A DNA stretch of 64,000 nucleotides from Selaginella moellendorffii (lineage: Eukaryota; Plantae; Lycopodiophyta), in NCBI RefSeq assembly GCF_000143415.4, contig NW_003314335.1, forward strand, positions 340,113-404,112. The letters run 5' to 3'. Below are positions 37,727-49,330 of this stretch, one piece after another. The position numbers were made by a program, and so were the translations under genes. The notes beneath the pieces are model-generated. The model had not been told where the DNA came from, searched no databases, and saw only the letters and a list, made by a program, of their open reading frames with translations. Each line of letters opens with the position of its first letter. Positions within the stretch are counted from its first letter, which is position 1.

Positions 37727-39741
37727 CTAGGTTGCCTTGGGGCCTCGGCCTCCACGGCCCTTTGTTCCACCTCCACCTCGTCCGCGATTCCAGTTTGTGC
37801 GCGGACTTGCTTTCTTGTGGCGTTTGTCAGGCGGTACCTCATGTTCATTGTCGCTGTCGATGGCCTTGGCTTTTGCTTTGGCAGGACTCGCCGCCTTCTG
37901 TGCCGTGTTGCCAGATTGAGGCTGCGCTTTCTTCTTCGTCGATGGAGTAAGTGGAGTGCTGTATGGTTTTGCTCTGACTGGAGTGACCTCCTCAAGGATG
38001 GAAGAGTAAGTCTCCGTGATGACCGGTTCCAGAGCCTGTTCTCGGAGAAAGTTTCCAAGATGTCGAGGCAGTAAAATCTCCTCAATCCTGGTCTTTGCCG
38101 GTCCCGCAGGTACACAAGTGATAGAAGTGCGAGATGGCTTTGCAAGAACTTGCTTCGCGCCAGCTTGAGTCCACCCGGAGATCTTCAGGCCAACCGCAAT
38201 TTGCAATACATACGTTTCCAGGTTCCGCAGGAAATCCAGGAAAGCAATAACCCTGTCAACCTTGCGCGGTTCATCAGGAAAATAATCCTCCAGGTGATTC
38301 ATGATGAACCAGAGCACACAGTCCAGCCAAGCCAGAATGCGACCAATGTGGCAGCCAGGGCGCTCGTTGAAGCAGGAACACTTGACAAAAGGGCGGAGCT
38401 GGCTCCAAAGTATGGAGGTGGTTGCTCCTTCAGCTCTTAGCGTGGTAGCCCATTTCTTGCACCACACAAATAGCTGGTTGATCACAGTTCATGCCAAAGT
38501 CGCGGGAAGACCATGTGCCCAACGGGACCTTTTTCCTTTGTAATCAAGTATCAGCGTCAATAGGGGAAAAGATACCAACCGGCATACCTTCTTGCCAAAG
38601 TTTGTAATCGATGCCTTCCAACGTGGAGAATTTTTCCATGACTTGAGGGGAGCCGAACGGGTACCGCCAAAGAGAACGGTCGCGAAACGGATCGTGCCTC
38701 GGAGTTTCGCCGGCGATTACATCCCATTTCAGTGGTTTCTTCTCCATGACGATGTGAAAAGTTAGTGTCCACCATGCATTGACATCGACTTGAGCAAAGA
38801 GCGTGAGGGGCCTGCTCCACCTCGATGATACGTAACAGAGCTTCTCTGTTGCGGGCTCCAATGAGAAGGAGGCAGTGCTGGACCCAGGGGACTGGAGCGT
38901 ACATTTCATCCGCACACCCGAGTTCCTGAATCTCGTCCAGCCAGAAGGAGTTCTGCCACCAGAAAAAAAGAGACGTATGATCAGAATGAATCTTTTTTTG
39001 AGAAATAAAGCAGAAAAAAAGAAGAGGCATGATGAGCGAAGCCGCGAAGCGGTACGACCGTCTCCGTCGTAACACAGCAAGGCCCCGCCGCTGCTTCATC
39101 TCCCATCCGTACTTTTTCCAAGAATCTCATAATCCATGTGGTCATACAGAACGAACAAACCTACAGGGAAGAGAAATACCTGTAGGAGAGGACGTTAGCG
39201 ACTAGTCATGAAAAATAATTTTTTCAAGGCTAAACAATGCAATCTAGTTCACATTAGCCGAAAATCCCATCGGGTAATGATCTCCAGAGCCTGAGGTCTG
39301 CAAGATGTGAAGCCAGCAGTGTTACACGAAAAAAGATGTGCATGCCGGAGGATGAAAGTCAAAAGAATGCAAACGGTGAGCGGTAGTGAACAACCTCGTG
39401 TTCTTGAGTCAAGTCGTCCGGCTCAGGGACGTCCGCCATGTCCGGGGTTAAAGCGATAGTGCCGTCGGCATGACTACCGCCATTCTTTTCCTTGCAAGTC
39501 GCCGCTACAACCAGAAAATGTGATTTTCTTAGTAACGAGCGAAAAACAGCCGGTTTGTTACCTTGACACGCTGAGCACCGATACGGCGGGTTTTGGGATC
39601 AGATCGACATCAAAACAGAAGTCAAGTGCCTACACGGGGAAGAAAGCGAGCTACTGAGAAGCATACGGATTTCAACCACAAAACAAACCTTGCTGATGAT
39701 CGCCGAGGCGAACCGTCATCCAGAGGAAGGAAGTAATACAT
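37727..39741 (-). pseudogene. Multi-exon ORF1 of the PLE, unknown protein with K-rich/RGG C-terminal tail
   Basis: Several GT-AG introns with pyrimidine tracts (donors near 39688, 39561, 39394, 38588). Last exon (252-aa ORF) ends NWNRGRGGGGTKGRGGRGPKAT. In-frame TGA at 39599-39601 and 38489-38491 in my reconstruction. Middle exons uncertain. Confidence 0.55.
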
Positions 39742-40097
39742 CCTAGCCTTATAAATGATACAACATATAGGAGAATTCTTGCAAAACCAACAATTGAATT
39801 CAATAATAATAGTGTCATGGGCAAGAGGATTAATTGTAAGCCCATCAAAAAATATAAAATTTTTGCAACTATTTTGATCGCATCTGGGCGGGCGCTAGCG
39901 AACAAACAACAGACGAAGACGCCGCCCGCGCGAGTAAGCAAGAAAACAAAAACCACTTCGTAGCGCGGTGAACTGGGCGAAGGCGCCGAGTGCGCCTCGT
40001 CGGAAGATTGCAGGAGTGAAGTGCCATGGCTTTGCATGCCTCTTGCCTAAGTAGGGCAAGAGATAAGATCAGCCACGGCGTGAAGTCCTGGCATGAG

Positions 40098-40672
40098 TAC
40101 ACGCCGTGCCTCAAACGAAGCGCGCGCCGTGTATGGGGCGACGTGCGTTGTTAACCATCAATACAATCCCCCGTCCCCGTGGTGTCGTGTCGACAACCCT
40201 AGGGTAGGGGAGTAGAGTAATCCTCGAGCAGTTTTTGTAAAGCCACCATTTATGGGAATCAGGGTTACCAAAACAGAGTACCCTAATCTGTTTAGGGTTC
40301 TCATTTATTTTTAGGTTAACCTTTTTTAACCACGTCCAGAATATTCTGTCACCACCTTTGTGTCGTCACCTTTCTTTTGACGTTGGTTCTTAGGAATATC
40401 CGGATAGTATACGATACGCATACCACGTGATTTTAGCGACTGATACGTAGCATAGGGAATATACATATCCGTATGTATATAATATATCCCAGCATTGTGA
40501 CGCTCTTATATCAGGAAGCCATTGTATTACCTTATCTTTTTTACAAAGCGATAAAGGTAATACGGCTTTGTTTAATGCCTTAATTATAATGTTTTTAAGG
40601 CGATTAAACGAAAAACCGTTATTCATGAATTTTCCTATTAATTTTTTAATTTCTGCTAAGAGATTTTGTTCC
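40098..40672 (-). repeat. Pseudo-LTR: 5'-truncated second PLE copy (RT C-terminus plus 3' UTR)
   Basis: Near-identical to 35021-35620 with several small indels. Confidence 0.92.
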
Positions 40673-41607
40673 AACAAAGGAGCTTTCCGGTGGAGAGCAG
40701 GAAGAGAGACATTTCGGGAGTGAGTTCTTGATTGAGCTCTACGGTCGGATGGTGGATGCTCGTGTTTGATCGTTTGGTTTAGCGATTGTGGTTATCTCCA
40801 TCGAGGGGCCTCACAAGCGCTCCATTTGCCAGAACCTTGTGACATTTCCTTGAGGAGTACTTGATATGTAGGTTACTAAATAAAGTGATTTGCAAGAAGG
40901 TGACAAATTTAGCAGCTTAGTTTTGAGTTTACAGAGGAAGATTGCTAGCGATGCAGTGACTTCAAGCGCTTCACTCACACTGTACATAGATTCGAAGTTG
41001 TAGAACATAAAAACTTCTTTAAAAAAATAAAATTCTCAAAGATTTACTTTCAAAAAGCTTATATGTGGAAGTCCTTGCCATCACCCTCACCCTCTCCTCC
41101 ACCGCACAATTCTGCCTGAGTCAAATCCTCAAAAGGACCAAGAAATCAACCCAAAAAAATCAACTTTTCGGAATTCAGATTAAAAAGAAGACGGAAGGAT
41201 ATGTTGTTAAGCTCGAAATAAGTATCCATCATATAATGAAGAAAATCATAACAGATCACAGCTGATATTACACACCATAGGAAACTTAAATACTAGCAGC
41301 CTTGCTGAAAAAATCACGCCAATCTAAAAACGAATCATCTTACGTGATAGTTGGAAGCGACGGACGATGAAATAAAAAGAAGAGAAATGGAAGTAAAAAG
41401 AAAATGTTAAAACCAAAACTGAAGCCAAAACATGAAGCTAAAAAAGGTGGTGGTGAAGAATGATGATGCCTGTGAAGAATGTGCTGGAGGAAGATGATGG
41501 TGTAGACCTATAGAACCTCTTCCATTTCTGTGCACCTCCACAGAAAGAGACTGCAACCTAAACGCCTCTGCAAATCACTGGTTTTCATCGTAGTCATTCT
41601 GATTGGA

Positions 41608-43140
41608 ATGTCTGGCCCTAAAACCTCAATCTCTCACATGCAACGGTTTGGATTTTTTTTCCGATCGAATGGCTGGGATTCTCTTAATCCAAAAGTTTAT
41701 TTATATTCTAACTAGTATTATAAATAAACTTTGGATTAAGAGAATCCAAGAATATTCTTTAGAATATGCCAGGCATTTTCTAGTATCTTCTAGATAGACT
41801 ACAGCATTTTGTTTTGTTTTGTTTTGTTTTTTTTTCTTCTGACGGATAGGTTTAGAGCAAGAATGAAGCGTAAGTCTTCTTTTCTGGTGACGGCCTCATC
41901 GATGACTCGAACCGACTTCCGATTGGCGCATCCTCTAGTGACTGTGAGGCCAGGCAGCGTAGTCAAATTCGATTTTGAAGCTGATGAGGATGAAAGGGGC
42001 AAGGTTCTCAAAATCAACAAGGTGGACCTGGAGCTACTTGATTATTTCATGCAGGATCATTTGTATCCCGCTATGCAGAAGGCGGCATGGTGCTATCGGC
42101 GGAGGACGAACGAAAATAAAATCAGCGCCCTTGCGTCGGCTTTCTTCCCAGTCTTCACTTTCCTCTCCCCTAGAGCAAGCGACGCAGATTTGCTCAGGCC
42201 CTATGAGCAGGGTGATCCCCTTTTGGATAGTGTTAATGAGATAGCGGCACAGGAGGCGTCGAGCAGCAATGGGGAGCAGGTCATGATTGACGGGCAGAGT
42301 CGGGAAAAGCTTGAGTGGGTGCAGGAAGATGGTGCTGATCTAGGTCCTCGACAAGCAGTTGATTTTAGAGGTTACGCATCGCTCATCGCAGATGAATCTT
42401 CAGAAACCAACGAGTCGATGAGCATCCTCATTTGCGATGCTAAGCAGAAAAACTTCATCTGGGAACCAGACACGAACGAAAATTCAGATCTTTACCAACT
42501 ATGCGACTATACATGCTGTGCTGCGGTTCCTAACATCGACAGTGGAAGATTCAAGCCAATCCATATGTTGGTTTTAGCTGATGGTGATTATGGGGTTGCA
42601 GTCCTCCATGTGGAAGGATACTTAGGGGTTGGCAGGGATAATGTGATCACAGACGCAGCGTTTGATGTCTTCCTCGGCCACATGGAGGCAAAGGTGAGTT
42701 TTTTTAATAGTTTTTTTTTGCTTCTTTTTTTGTATTTTCAGGAAAACAAGGGGGACCAATGGAAAAGCTTGAACGATCAGGAGAAAGCGTATATTCGTGA
42801 AAAGTACCAAATCACCCTGAACAAAAGCAGGTTGAGGATGCAAAAACTACACATGGTCAGCGACATCCCCGTGGACAGAAAACTTGTGGTAGGGGAAATC
42901 AACTTCTATCCTCTCGCCAGAATCTGGACGAAGTTCCCCATTGCTTACCCCAGCCAGAGGTGGAGTACGGACGACTACATTTTTATTGCTGGGATGCTGC
43001 GGGTGCTCTTTGGAGATAGAGTCTTGTTATGGAAAAAACAAACTCTGGAGGCAATCGCTGCATCCAGGAATTCGGAGTTGGTCAGTCTCGGACGTCAGCT
43101 TCCAATCTTCCCACCCGACGTCGTTAAAAGTGCTGACTAG
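41608..43140 (+). CDS. Uncharacterised protein with a restriction-endonuclease-like D...DAK...QxxxY motif (exons 41608-41645, 41850-42693, 42742-43140)
   Basis: 443-aa open frame including an in-frame 48-bp T-rich GT-AG intron. Segment VDFRGY...SILICDAKQKN...DLYQLCDY. Start exon tentative. Confidence 0.6.
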
Positions 43141-43629
43141 TCTTTGTTTTGTTCGTAGTCAATATCGGAGTTCAGTTCTCATCAGGCCTGTGACAAAATT
43201 GATGATCAATCCTTTTCTTGTTTTCTTTACACGAGCTCGTCCTGTTCGATTGCTATGATCTACTAATCCTCGTCTTGTTGCCTTTTATTGATTCTGATTA
43301 AAATGTTACTTTTTGTGTTGGCATCAACGAACTGATGGAGAAATGGATGAATTAAAATCCTTCCATTACGTACTTATATTAAACTAAGCATCAGAATTAG
43401 TACAAATATTTGTTGCTTTGAAACATGCTTCTCCGCCTTGCACCCCATCAAATATTGAACAACGCCCAAACTCGCAGCCTTCTTCCCCTCCATCACCAGC
43501 TTGTTCACAAAACCCCTCGTCACTCTCACCCAGCAGAAAGCTCGCATATCTCCCCTCCAAAACAATCCCCACACATCTCATCACCGCCTCCAGCGACGGC
43601 ACAAGCTTGCGCCCCTCCCGCTAGCACTC

Positions 43630-46480
43630 GAGTGATTCCGAGTGATGGCGACTATGACTGAGGCTCCGACCATGAGGTCAAGTGAGAGCGAGGACACGGA
43701 AGCGGTAAAATGCAAAGTGCTGGGAGGCTGAGGCCGATGCTCTACTCGATGGAAAGCTAAGTGTAAATATGGCTACAGCTGTAAGTTCCACTCAAGGGAT
43801 TGAGTGAGGCTGGCTATGGTTGTGTGAACACCTAGTTAGTGGGTGATGGAGGATAACTAGCAAGCGGAAGAGTCAAAGGACCAGAATCACTGCTGCGATA
43901 GAGAGCTACGGCAAGGCAAGTGTGGTGACTTGAGTCCTTAGCAGTTTGAGTGCTTCAAACTTAAGTGTTGAGGGTCATAAATTCCAGTGAGCCAGAGTGC
44001 TATTGGTGGACCGCACGGCTGAGGACCTGTGTGAGCTGAGGCTACGGATGTTCTCCCTAGAAACAGCGGTGTGGTTTTTAGCTAAGGCCGAGGTGGTTTT
44101 CGGTCTGATCTTGGAACTCCGAAAGGAGGTTTGCCGGCTGAGTTGAGGATACTGATATTTGGTGTTGGGTGCACAGCATCTACTTGGTTAGGTATGAATG
44201 TTCTGTGGGGTGCTGGAGTGTGTAGACTTATCCGGGTGATTCCGGACGGACCTCACACTTAGGTATTAGCGATCAGAAGGTTCAGAATAACCGGGGAATT
44301 CATACCTAGTATCCGAGCGACGTGGGCGCCGTGAGGCAAATGTTGATGGACTTGTGGGAGGGGGAACCCTCATTGAGGGGGTCCCTTTATAAGTAGCTAA
44401 GGCAGTGAGTGTGCACTGATGTATTCTGCTACGGTGGAGTTCTCAGTCTGAGTTCTTGCTAGCTGGAAGCTGGATATGGAAAGACGGGAGGAAGGAGTAG
44501 TGACCTTCTTCTTATTGGGACTTAAGGAGTTCTAAAGGTAGGCAGGTGAGCATGCTCACTCTGCTAGAAAAACCTTTGGGAAGTTGCAAAGTGTGGGAGC
44601 AGTCGGCTGCCAAGGCCAATTGCCTCGCTTATGTATCTTCGTCCTTAACGACTAAGTGTCTGGAAGTACTAGTGGATGGAGAAGGCTAAGGGTAGGCCAA
44701 GGTGCACCTGTGTACTGGTTTCAACTTAGCAGAGATCCAGCTTATTACCCAAGAGTTTATCGCCCGAAAAGTCGATTGAGTGGTGAGGTAAATCCTTGAC
44801 CACCGTGGGCTCTGGTGAATGAGTGGCGGGGTGTGTCCCGACCACCATAAGCTAAAAACGAGAAAGTTAAAATCCGCAAGAACGAAAATAAGTAGTTCCC
44901 GGAGCTAAGGCACGGCTCCTGTTGTCTCGAGTAAAGGGAAGAACGGTTAAGCGTTCACTCAGTTGGCAAGAGAACCCATGAGGTTGAGCTTTGAGTGAAC
45001 GAAGGAATTGACGCCCTGAAGAGGTAGTGAAGAGAATCCCCGTGAGAAGAACAGTCAGGCAGGACCTGGCTTTAAAGCGATTATATAAACCACTTGGGAC
45101 GCCCAAGTCAGTGAGGTGGGCTGGCGTATGTGCTATGAGTGCAAGGGGTCCAAGGGGTAGAGATAAAAGAATTGACGGGTCCCTTGTCGAGAGAGAGACG
45201 GTGGGTGATAAGAAAGTGCCCTGGATAGTCTAGTGCTAGGTCTCATGAGTTCCAATGTGGTGATTGGTGAGAGACTTTCATGAGGTGCCTTTTTATGTGA
45301 TCGAGGGCACTGTGACTAGCGTACCAGCTACTTTGGGGAGCAGCTTGGCTTTTCCAGGTGCAGGCTAGTCACAACTATGTGACTTGGTACTCTGGTGGTG
45401 GAAGATGATAATCACCAATCTCAGACGATCATCTTGTCTAATATTAGTGCACTTGACTATCACTTTTCTTACATGCTGAAAGTTAAGAAGGCTTCAAAGT
45501 TAAAAAGAAAGGAAGTGGCAACATGTAAGGATCATAGTATGCTCGAGTCATCAACAACTCAGCCAATTTGGATCACAAATGGACCTCAAGAGCTAGCTGG
45601 TTATCAACTTTCCAAGGACGTGGTGCCAACAGCTGAGTTGGAAGCAAGAAATTATCCCAACTAGTTTTTTAAGGACCAGGTTGCTGATCTTCCACTCAAG
45701 GAGATGTCTGCTTCTCAAGTTGACTCAGATTATTTTGGAAAGGCACCCCAAACACAGGCTATTTTTATGGAGCAGGCTGGTGACGAGTGATGTGAGTTAC
45801 TGGTGGGATACCAGCTCACCAAGGAGGAGGTGGAAGCTTATTGTCAACTATTTTTGGAGTTTCAAGATGTGTTCACATGGAGCTATGTTGAACTTGCTAG
45901 AGTAAATTTGGAGCTGGTGCAACACAAAATTCCCTTGCTTCTAGATGTGGTGCCATAGCAACAAAGAGCTTATAAAATGAATCTGAGCTATGTTAAGGCT
46001 GTGCATGAAGAACTTCAGAAGTTATTGGATGTGGGATTTATTGAAGAAGTGGAAGCTACAGATTGGCTTTCACCAATTGTGGTGGTCCGGAAGAAGAATG
46101 GTAAACTTAAAGTGTGCGTGCGTGTATTATCATTGCCTTAATACTACAACGAGGTGAGATGGATTCCCTCTTCCCTTCAGTGTTGGACAAAGTTGCAAGG
46201 CCCTAAAGAGTTGTATAGCTTTATGGATTGTTAAAGTGGCTATAACCAGATTCAGGTGGCTCCCGAGGATTGATGGCATTCATTACAGAGTGGGGCTGCT
46301 ATATCTTTTGTGTCATGCCATTCAGTTTGATGAACGCACCAACTACTTTCCAACGTGTGGTGACTTCAGCTTTCAAATGTCTTCTTCATGAGAGTGTGGA
46401 AGTCTTCTTGGGTGACTTCTTGACTTTTGGAAGCCACAAGAAACATCTAGAGCAGCTGCATGCAATGTCATTCAAGATCA
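43630..46480 (+). mobile_element. Degenerate gypsy gag-protease-RT fragment
   Basis: RT remnants WLSPIVVVRKKNGKLKVC, FMDC*SGYNQIQVAPED, MAFITEWG..VMPFSLMNAPTTFQR..EVFLGDF (45900-46480), with decayed protease-like segments upstream. Left boundary approximate. Confidence 0.75.
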
Positions 46481-47014
46481 ACAAATTTGTGTGAGTTGTC
46501 CAACCTGTGGGAAACTCTAGGTTAGGATGCTAGCAAAGGTCACCGACATGACCGAGTCTGACTCCGACATGGTCCACGCGGGGAGGAGCCCGGCAGCCCG
46601 CGCATGCACTGGAAGTCCAGCTGGGGTGGCTAGCTAGTGATGAGGCTATAGTGATTCTCCACTTCGCTAGTGTGTTGTCGCGAGGAGTGACATCTTCTAG
46701 TGCACTACCCTGGAAATGGCTATCTGCCCTCTCGTCAACCTCTAGCACCAAGGGACTCACCCATCCATAACCAAAAAAAGAAGGAAAAACTCTTGATTTC
46801 GATTAAGTCTTATTCTTGAGTTGGCTCTAGCCCTAGACAAAGCATTTGAAAACTCTAGCTTTTGAACTTACATTATAAGAAAATCTCAGCATAAGACCTA
46901 TATTTATAGTAAATTTGTCAATACAACATAAAAATATAAAGATAAATTTTCATATACATAAATTACTTTTAAAATCTTAAGAGCTGAGCTCAATTTGTAA
47001 TTAAAATTTTTTTA

Positions 47015-47676
47015 AAAGAAATTTTATTAATTGTAATCCACTTCCAGCTAATTATATATTTAGTGGTCTATATATTAGAAATACATTTACACAAATATTA
47101 AGACTTGTAGAATATCATGCACGTTCATTAGGTCTAGGAATGATTAGAACAGTATACAAATATTTTACAATAGATTTTGTTGGACTTGGAATTGGCCAAA
47201 GAAATCCTAATGAGGAATGTCCTATTTTACAATATCCCAAACATTTACCCAATGATAATATCTCTCTCCTAACATTTTCAGGAATTATGATTCTGATAAT
47301 TCACAATGCTGGCTATTTCGAACACAATTAATTAATGAACCTTTAATACTACTTGATACTCATATAGTAAATGGTAACAGCTTAATATCTGTGAATAATA
47401 GATTTCGAGCTGTTTTGAAAAATCATAATTTAGTAATCAAAGACATTAAATATTATAAAACTATATGGTCTACAATGTTGAACAACATGATACTTTTTGT
47501 TTTCTTCATCTTCATTTACTTATAATAGATACTAATAATCATATTTTATGGAAAAATAATGTTTTCTGCCAAGATTGTTTACTATTTGCAATTTTAACAA
47601 TGGAAGATACAGGGATTTAACTGTAACAACTTATAAAAATGGTTCTAAGAAAATACTATGGATAAATAAATTCTAA
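47015..47676 (+). pseudogene. Secreted protein/B-lectin paralog, copy 2, 5'-truncated and frameshifted
   Basis: Aligns to ~7245-7888 (e.g. caaatattaaga..tatcatgcacgttca..taggaatgatt; aatggtaa.ag.tta; ttttaacaat.gaagatacaggg). Confidence 0.75.
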
Positions 47677-48519
47677 TAGAAAACATTAACAATTATTTTG
47701 ATACTTCACAGAAGTAAATGTTAAAATAAATCTATAATTTGACATAAGTGGACTAGAACCACATGTAATAATACTCAATATTTTAGCTCTAAGAAAGCAG
47801 GAGCTTCAATAACAACTTTCACTTGAATATATAAAACAAAATGAATAAACTATTTCTAATAAATAGAATTTTAATAAATAAAATCTAGACCTTTATAATA
47901 TTGAGAAGTTGTATATTGAAATCATTTTGTTTTATATGTTTGATTTTTTCCAAAATACCAAATATTTAAGGTTTTTATTGTAGAATATATTTGAGATATA
48001 AACATATAAATTATTATAAATTCTTAGACTTTCAAATACAAACTACTTTAGATATAAATTTAGATTTCTTAATGTATTAATACTGTTAATATAATTAAGA
48101 TTTTATTAATATTTTAATTTATAAGAATAACTCCTTTCTCCTAGGCATGTCAAGGGGCTTTCTATCAATCCAAAGAGACACCATTGAGGAGGAAAATAAC
48201 AGTTGCCCATCCTTCAACCACATGGACTTCTCTTTAGAATAGTACCATAAGGTAGTTGGGAAGGCCTTAAAGCACTTGCTCTCCAAGGAAGTTTCATAGG
48301 GCTTTTACTTAGTGAAATAAGGAGCCAATGCATGAGCTTTAAGTTCATACTTAGGTTATAACACTATTTGGATTAGAATGGACTAGAGAACATAAGTGAT
48401 CTTTCATGAGTATATAGGCGTAATGTTACCACTTGAGCTCCACTAGATGGTGGCCATGAACTAGAAGATTGGAGTTTCTAAACTTCTAGGATTTATAGGG
48501 ACCTTGAGTTTTAGATTTG

Positions 48520-48830
48520 TGTAAGTGATTAAATTTTTCATTCTACTTTAGTCATTTAACTACACATTTGACCACTTGGAGAAGTTTCACTTATAACTTC
48601 CATAAGTTTTATTCTTGACTTGGGGACATATTACCCTTGTAAATGGCATCTATACCATTTAACTTTTGCATTTGGTTCAAATACTCCACATGTCCAATCC
48701 CATGGCAAACACCCAAAGGTACTATTAACATATCAATTTGTTATGCTAAAACTATGTTCATTCACTTTTGTATTGTGGGTAGTCCAAAACCACTTGCACT
48801 ATAGTCTCATCTCCTTGGGCTATCCATTTA
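48520..48830 (-). mobile_element. Old A-family LTR end fragment
   Basis: TGTAAGTGATTAAATTTTTCATTCTACTTTAG... aligns to 31901 onward with many C>T changes. Confidence 0.75.
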
Positions 48831-48839
48831 GTCCTGGAA

Positions 48840-49330
48840 GCATGCGTTGCTATCAAGCCTACTAGCTATCCTTTGAAGGAAAGATTGATCCATATGGGGG
48901 GAATTGTCACCACCATGCAGTTTGTTAAATTAGGCCTAGATGTTCTGGCTCCACCAGCCTTGGTGCTTTTCTTGGTCAAGTTGTATCAAGTCCTCAATAG
49001 CTTCATTGGTCTCTTTGTGGATAATATGAATTATATGTTATATTTCCAGGTCTGGATCTGGATCAGAAGTAGCCTCATTATGATACAGAGCAATGAAGGT
49101 TGATTTAATTCTTCCATCTGGGACCAGCTTGTGGTGGACTGGCTGGGAGCCCAGGTGGCATAACCATACAGCAACTCAGATTTGGTAGCACTCTCGTTGG
49201 GCATCCCACTGGTACATGACAGCTTGACATAGATTAGGTTGTCCCCTATTCCACTATTCTTGGCTGGTATTTTGGTGTTAAGCAATCAAAGTTGAGGAAA
49301 TGTGGCCCTTTATTCCAATTATGCCTGGTA
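48840..49330 (-). mobile_element. Possible non-LTR retrotransposon RT C-terminal remnant
   Basis: ELLYGYATWAPSQSTTSWSQMEE resembles the LLYG.E.W.....W..IE thumb segment of LINE RTs. Short and decayed. Confidence 0.3.

Larger units (their letters stand above)
35021..40672 (-). mobile_element. Penelope-like retroelement (Naiad/Chlamys-type RT, apparently endonuclease-deficient) with pseudo-LTR partial tandem
   Basis: Direct repeats 35021-35620 and 40098-40672 comprise the RT C-terminus plus 3' UTR, the pLTR architecture of PLEs. PLE-type RT and a spliced upstream ORF are present. TTTAGGG motifs occur in the repeat. No TSD, no TG..CA ends. Confidence 0.85.

Noticed and set aside
38489-39601. 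In-frame TGA codons in PLE ORF1 as possible selenocysteine
   Set aside because: Land plants lack the Sec machinery, the RT is also frameshifted, and CGA/TGG>TGA decay is the simpler explanation.
39693-39720. Hammerhead-like CTGATGA-TCGCCGAGGC-GAAC (plus strand); also CTGATGA at ~38277-38271 (minus)
   Set aside because: PLEs often carry hammerheads, but these lack the GAAA core and convincing stems I/III. The first is antisense to the RT and both fall in ORF1 exons. No canonical hammerhead was seen in the pLTR by eye; an Infernal/RNAMotif scan would settle it.
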